Positions 59,528-64,000 of a DNA stretch of 64,000 nt are shown here, in pieces (the stretch's first letter is position 1; each line of letters opens with the position of its first letter). Location: the NCBI GenBank assembly GCA_965217035.1, contig OZ244226.1, positions 2,400,146-2,464,145 on the forward strand. Direction: 5' to 3'. The notes under the pieces are model-generated. The model ran no database searches. It was not told the origin of the DNA and saw nothing but the letters and a program-made list of their open reading frames with translations. Source of the stretch: Bacteriovoracaceae bacterium. GTDB taxonomy: Bacteria; Bdellovibrionota; Bacteriovoracia; Bacteriovoracales; Bacteriovoracaceae. The translations under genes and the position numbers were made by a program.

Positions 59528-62290
59528 TTGGTAAAATCTGGCCTGATTATGCTTATTCGGAGAATACAAGTTTTATTCATACTTCTTTGCCTATGTCTTC
59601 AAGGCTGTTCTGATATTAATGATGGAAAGGCAGAGGCAACGTCACCTGGGAACGGTTCTGATTTTCCCAATTGCGAAGTCAGTTCTTCTAATTTTGAACT
59701 TCTTTTAGAAAAGCCAATTCGCTCAGATATTGAATGTGCTTACGACAAAATCAACTGGCTTGTTAATAACGTTAGAGAAGAAGAAGAGAAAAAGGGAAAT
59801 AATATTCTCTCAAAAGAAAACTTGAAGCTTTCTATTGAAAATAGAGAGCCTGAAGCCAGAAAGGTTTTAGAATACCTCGATCTTTTTTTCGATTTGAATC
59901 GCTTTGTTGTTGGCTCTGATGAAAATCTTATTATTGAAGATGACTTTAAGGCCTTACGAGACTTTCTTGTTGTTATGAACAGAGAGTTCTCAAAGATTTA
60001 TAAGCACTTTGCTCCAGAAATAAGAGACAATGAAACGCTTTATAATATTCATTATAATTCACTCAATGAGATTCTTTCGATCCTTAGGTATATCATGCTC
60101 GAAGCGAAGTCTGAGAGTGGAGATGATATTTCTCTTAAGGGTCTCTTAAGTCGCCATAAAGAAATTAAAAGAGAGATAAATCTTTCTAAGCTCTTCGATC
60201 TTCTAAAGCTTGATAAAGAAGCAAAGTCTTGGCTTTTTCTTAAGAGATTAATGATGGGGGGAGATGCCAATGTTATTACCAATGATGAATTTCTCAATTT
60301 TCTAGAAAGAACAGTTACAACTAAGAACAAAAAGCCAAGGATTGAGAATAAAGTTCTTCAGGTTGTTGAAGTTGGTTATAATCTTTACCGTCAGTTGAAA
60401 CTCCGTTTTGATTCTCCACAAAAACGTTATTCCTTTCAAAATGCGAACTATTCTCTTGCGAAAAAGCTTGTTTACAAAAAATGTATTAGAAATTGCCGTT
60501 CTAAAAATGAATCGTCGAGAGCCTATAAGGAAGAGTCGTTAGTCACATTAAGTGATCTCATGAAATGGGCAAACTATTTTTTTGATGATGATCTTTCCTT
60601 TAGTGGGAACAAAATCAATTTGCTTAATTATGATTGGGAAATTGCAAGACTCAAGGAGATTTTTTTGGGGAATAATTCTCAGGAAATTACCTATCGTGAT
60701 ATTGATAAACTTTTCAACATTTTAACGGAATTTACCGATATTGGTGAAGATTTCTCGGAACTCTTTAAGGCAAATCAAGATTTGATGCTTGATAAAACCA
60801 AGAGAATCACCAAGAGAACTCCATTGAAAAAACCTGCTTTAGTCGATAATGGAAATGGTAAAAAGAAAAGTCGTTTGAAAAGTCACAAAAACCAGAAACT
60901 TTTTAAAGATGTTTTAACAACCTTTCGCTATTTTAAAGGTGCTGAAAGGATGCCTATTTATGATAATCAATACCATCGCAATAATAAAAGTATTATTATA
61001 TACGGTCAGCTGGAGTTTCTACTTAGAAAATTCGCTCGATTTTATGAAAAGGAATATCCTTGTCATAAGAAAGGAGTTTATTACGTTTATAACTTCGAAG
61101 CTGGTAAAAGACTTCCAGAACAACTCTTCCATGATTATTATTGCAGTACAGGATGGAGACCTAGAAAAGAAGATTATGCTGGAAATATTGATTTAGGACA
61201 ACTTTACTTCATTATCCTAGAGTTTCGACAGCTGTTCAGAGAGATAGGAATTATTGATAAAGGAGCAGAGGATAGTTCTGCTGAAAATGCTCTAACTATT
61301 CCTGATCTTTTTATCTATGCTGCAAATGATGATGGAGTGATTCAGGTGAGTGAACTGATTGAATTCTTCTTTAGCATTTTTAGTGCTGTTGAAATCAAAG
61401 ATGATATTCTTGCTGAGCTTCAAAGAAATCCGTTCAAGACATTTTCAAATGATTCTTTCTTTACTCAGACGGAATGTCGAGTTGTGGATAATACTGAAAA
61501 GGGAGAGCGTCGATACGATGCCCTTTGTATTCGGGAAAACTTTTATAAATTTCTTGAAATGAAGAATCGTAATACAGGAAAGAAGTATGGACCGGATCGG
61601 CATTTTGACTACCTGACCTTATTGAAGGACTTCTTTATCAATAATCGGTATGAAGAGGATCAAAAGGCTCTTAGACGTTATACTCTTTTACTCGAGGGGT
61701 ATACGAAATCTTGCCCTTATGACAATGTTCCTTATACTGGAAGTGATTTGATGGCGCTATACACTGGTATGTATAGTATCGAGTCAACGATGGGGAAGTT
61801 TGATCTCAATGGTGATAATGTTCTCGGAAAAGCGATAGTAAACGGAAAAGAAGTTCATGAACTAGAGCTTGCCTATGAAAATCATTTCAAGCCAGGTCTT
61901 TGGGCTATTGTTCGCGAAAAGTTAGATGGGATTGCAGAGGATCAAAAAAAGCTGAAGAAGTATGACCCAAATAAAGATTATAGTTTGGTAAAGGAAGTTT
62001 TCCAGTATTTAGCAACCTACGGAGAGGTCCCTGAAATTAAGTGGGGAAATCTCGCAAAAGGTATCAAAATATGGTTTAAAGGTTATCCCACAGTCGGACG
62101 TGCTGGGATTGCAAGTATTCTTGTTGCCCTTCAAGACCTGACTGAGTCTGCTCGAATAGAGCGCTATAGACGAGCAGGGAAAAAATATGTCTCGCCTGAG
62201 AAGAAGTGTATAGATGAAGAGCTTCCTGCTGGTGAAAAAAGGCTTATTAGAACTCAATGGGCCTGTTATATTGAAGGAAACTGTCCTTAG
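59528..62290 (+). CDS. Large Cys-containing lipoprotein (paralog B)
   Basis: Lipobox LQGC; motifs colinear with paralog A over its full length. Confidence 0.75.
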   Translation: MVKSGLIMLIRRIQVLFILLCLCLQGCSDINDGKAEATSPGNGSDFPNCEVSSSNFELLLEKPIRSDIECAYDKINWLVNNVREEEEKKGNNILSKENLKLSIENREPEARKVLEYLDLFFDLNRFVVGSDENLIIEDDFKALRDFLVVMNREFSKIYKHFAPEIRDNETLYNIHYNSLNEILSILRYIMLEAKSESGDDISLKGLLSRHKEIKREINLSKLFDLLKLDKEAKSWLFLKRLMMGGDANVITNDEFLNFLERTVTTKNKKPRIENKVLQVVEVGYNLYRQLKLRFDSPQKRYSFQNANYSLAKKLVYKKCIRNCRSKNESSRAYKEESLVTLSDLMKWANYFFDDDLSFSGNKINLLNYDWEIARLKEIFLGNNSQEITYRDIDKLFNILTEFTDIGEDFSELFKANQDLMLDKTKRITKRTPLKKPALVDNGNGKKKSRLKSHKNQKLFKDVLTTFRYFKGAERMPIYDNQYHRNNKSIIIYGQLEFLLRKFARFYEKEYPCHKKGVYYVYNFEAGKRLPEQLFHDYYCSTGWRPRKEDYAGNIDLGQLYFIILEFRQLFREIGIIDKGAEDSSAENALTIPDLFIYAANDDGVIQVSELIEFFFSIFSAVEIKDDILAELQRNPFKTFSNDSFFTQTECRVVDNTEKGERRYDALCIRENFYKFLEMKNRNTGKKYGPDRHFDYLTLLKDFFINNRYEEDQKALRRYTLLLEGYTKSCPYDNVPYTGSDLMALYTGMYSIESTMGKFDLNGDNVLGKAIVNGKEVHELELAYENHFKPGLWAIVREKLDGIAEDQKKLKKYDPNKDYSLVKEVFQYLATYGEVPEIKWGNLAKGIKIWFKGYPTVGRAGIASILVALQDLTESARIERYRRAGKKYVSPEKKCIDEELPAGEKRLIRTQWACYIEGNCP

Positions 62291-62329
62291 TCACTTTTCG
62301 ATATCTCCAAATCCTGATATTTTATTTCC

Positions 62330-63455
62330 ATGAGTGAATCTATTGAACGCTTGAAAGAGCAAACTAACTTATTAACTGAGTATCGAGAAACATTAAGTAA
62401 AATTCGGAGGTCACTTTGACGTAGAGTCAAAGTCTAAACGTCTTGAAGAAATAGAGAAACTCGAATCAGATCCTTCTTTTTGGGACGATAATAATGCTGC
62501 TTCTAAGATTCAAAAAGAAAAGTCATTACTCCTTAATGTCATTAACTCCTTTGGAGTTCTCAATGATATGTTTGATGAATTTGATATTCTAAATGAGTAT
62601 GCAAAAGAAGGAGATGAATCTTCCGCAGAAGAGGCGCTAGCTCTTTTGGAGAAACTAAGTCCAGAGCTCGAGGTACAAGAGCAAAAAGCGTTTCTTTCTG
62701 AAGAGACGGATGGCAATAATGCTATTGTCTCAATTAATGCTGGAGCAGGAGGGACTGAATCTTGCGATTGGGCATCAATGCTTCAGCGTATGCTCTTTCG
62801 GTGGGCCGAAAAAAATAAATTTAAAACGAAACTTTATGATTTCCAAGATGGTGACTCAGCAGGAATCAAGTCTTGTACTTTTTCGGTAGAGGGTGATTTT
62901 GCTTATGGTCTTTTGAAGTCAGAGACGGGAATTCATAGGCTTGTTAGAATTTCTCCATTTGACTCCAATGCAAGAAGGCATACATCATTTGCTTCGGTAT
63001 TTGTTTCTCCTGAAATAGACGATGATATTGAAATTGATATTCCTGATAGTGATATCAGAATTGATGTTTATCGTTCTGGAGGAGCGGGAGGACAGTCCGT
63101 TAATACAACTGATTCTGCGGTAAGAATCACTCACAACCCAACGGGGATTGTTGTTACCTGTCAGAACGAACGCTCGCAACACCAGAATAAAGCTACAGCA
63201 TTAAAGATTCTTCGATCTAGACTCTATGAGAAAGCGATGGAAGAAAAAAAAGCAGAACAACAAAAAGTTGAAGATAGTAAGAAAGAAATTGGTTGGGGAT
63301 CTCAGATTCGGTCCTATGTTCTTCATCCTTACAAGATGGTCAAAGACCATCGTACGAACGAAGAAATGGGTTCAGCCGAAAAAGTCCTCGATGGTGAAAT
63401 AGACTCTTTTATTAGGGCTTTCCTCCAATGGAGAGCAACAGGAGAGGCTGAATGA
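62330..63455 (+). CDS. prfB: Peptide chain release factor 2 with programmed +1 frameshift
   Basis: ATG 62330, in-frame CTT-TGA-C at 62414-62420, +1 frame DVESK...FWDD; SPF and GGQ motifs. Confidence 0.96.
62405..62420 (+). promoter_or_regulatory. prfB frameshift site
   Basis: Internal SD CGGAGG, then TCA CTT TGA C. Confidence 0.93.
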
Positions 63456-64000
63456 ATCTCTCATTTTGGCAACTCTTAAAAATTCTTTTGGAAGGAAAAA
63501 ATACTCTCATATTCCTCTTTTTTACCATTCTAGGATTGTCGTTCTCGATGGGAGTCATCCTTTGCAATTTTGGTTTAATGGATGGTTATGAGATTATTTT
63601 AAAAGAAGGGTTGAGAAAAAATTCGTCTGACCTTGAAATTACATCGCGATATGGATTTTTCTCAATAGATAAAACTTTCAGAGAAGCCATTGATCAAGAA
63701 CGAATAGAAAGGTTTGCTGGCGTCATAAGAACGGAAGGCTTTTTAATTGCAAATCAAAAAAGTAAAGGAGTTCTTGTTAATGGAGTTGTTGCTGAAGACT
63801 TCAAAAATGTTTCTGCGCTTGAAATCGAATTCAAAACAACTGATGGAATTATTATTGGATCAGCATTAGCGAAAGAGCTGAATGTCAAAGCGGGAGATTG
63901 GGTTGTTTTGGCATTTACCAGGGGAAATCAAAATATTGATGACCTGCCTTATTTAAATAGGGTTCAAATAGAAAAAGTCGTTACTCATGGTATTTATAAG
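63452..64000 (+). CDS. LolC/E-like (MacB/FtsX) ABC permease, 3' partial
   Basis: ATGA overlap with prfB; TM, then GLMDGY...GVLVNGV...IIIGSALAKELNVKAGD. Confidence 0.75.
   Translation, partial: MNLSFWQLLKILLEGKNTLIFLFFTILGLSFSMGVILCNFGLMDGYEIILKEGLRKNSSDLEITSRYGFFSIDKTFREAIDQERIERFAGVIRTEGFLIANQKSKGVLVNGVVAEDFKNVSALEIEFKTTDGIIIGSALAKELNVKAGDWVVLAFTRGNQNIDDLPYLNRVQIEKVVTHGIYK

Overview
AT-rich bacterial chromosomal window, most consistent with a predatory Bdellovibrionota (Bacteriovoracia/Halobacteriovorax-like) genome. This is an inference from two TIGR02147-type regulators, many short secreted orphans, trypsin and subtilase proteases and large Cys-rich lipoproteins. The left half (about 1-33 kb) is accessory: a persulfide-dioxygenase/YeeE/YedE sulfur operon; regulator plus secreted-protein cassettes; a 1463-aa signal-peptide-bearing dikinase with glucan-water-dikinase-like domain order; glpQ/glpT; a MocR pair; a metal-homeostasis island with a 46-aa metallothionein missing from the ORF track; a pterin-linked cluster (sepiapterin-reductase-like SDR, small exported peptide, unknown HxxxxH protein, Cys-less PTPS); and an SCO copper chaperone translationally coupled to a His-rich membrane histidine kinase. 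The right half is mostly housekeeping (orphan C5 methyltransferase, infA, mpaA, lysS, a Bacteroidota-like leuS, queC, maf, lipAB, coaE, mazG, ybeY, frameshifting prfB), plus an outer-membrane barrel followed by two paralogous large lipoproteins. No rRNA, tRNA, CRISPR array, transposase or reverse transcriptase was recognised. A 53-nt poly-T and several homopolymer frameshifts suggest long-read assembly errors. All family calls come from motif recognition by eye, not from database searches.
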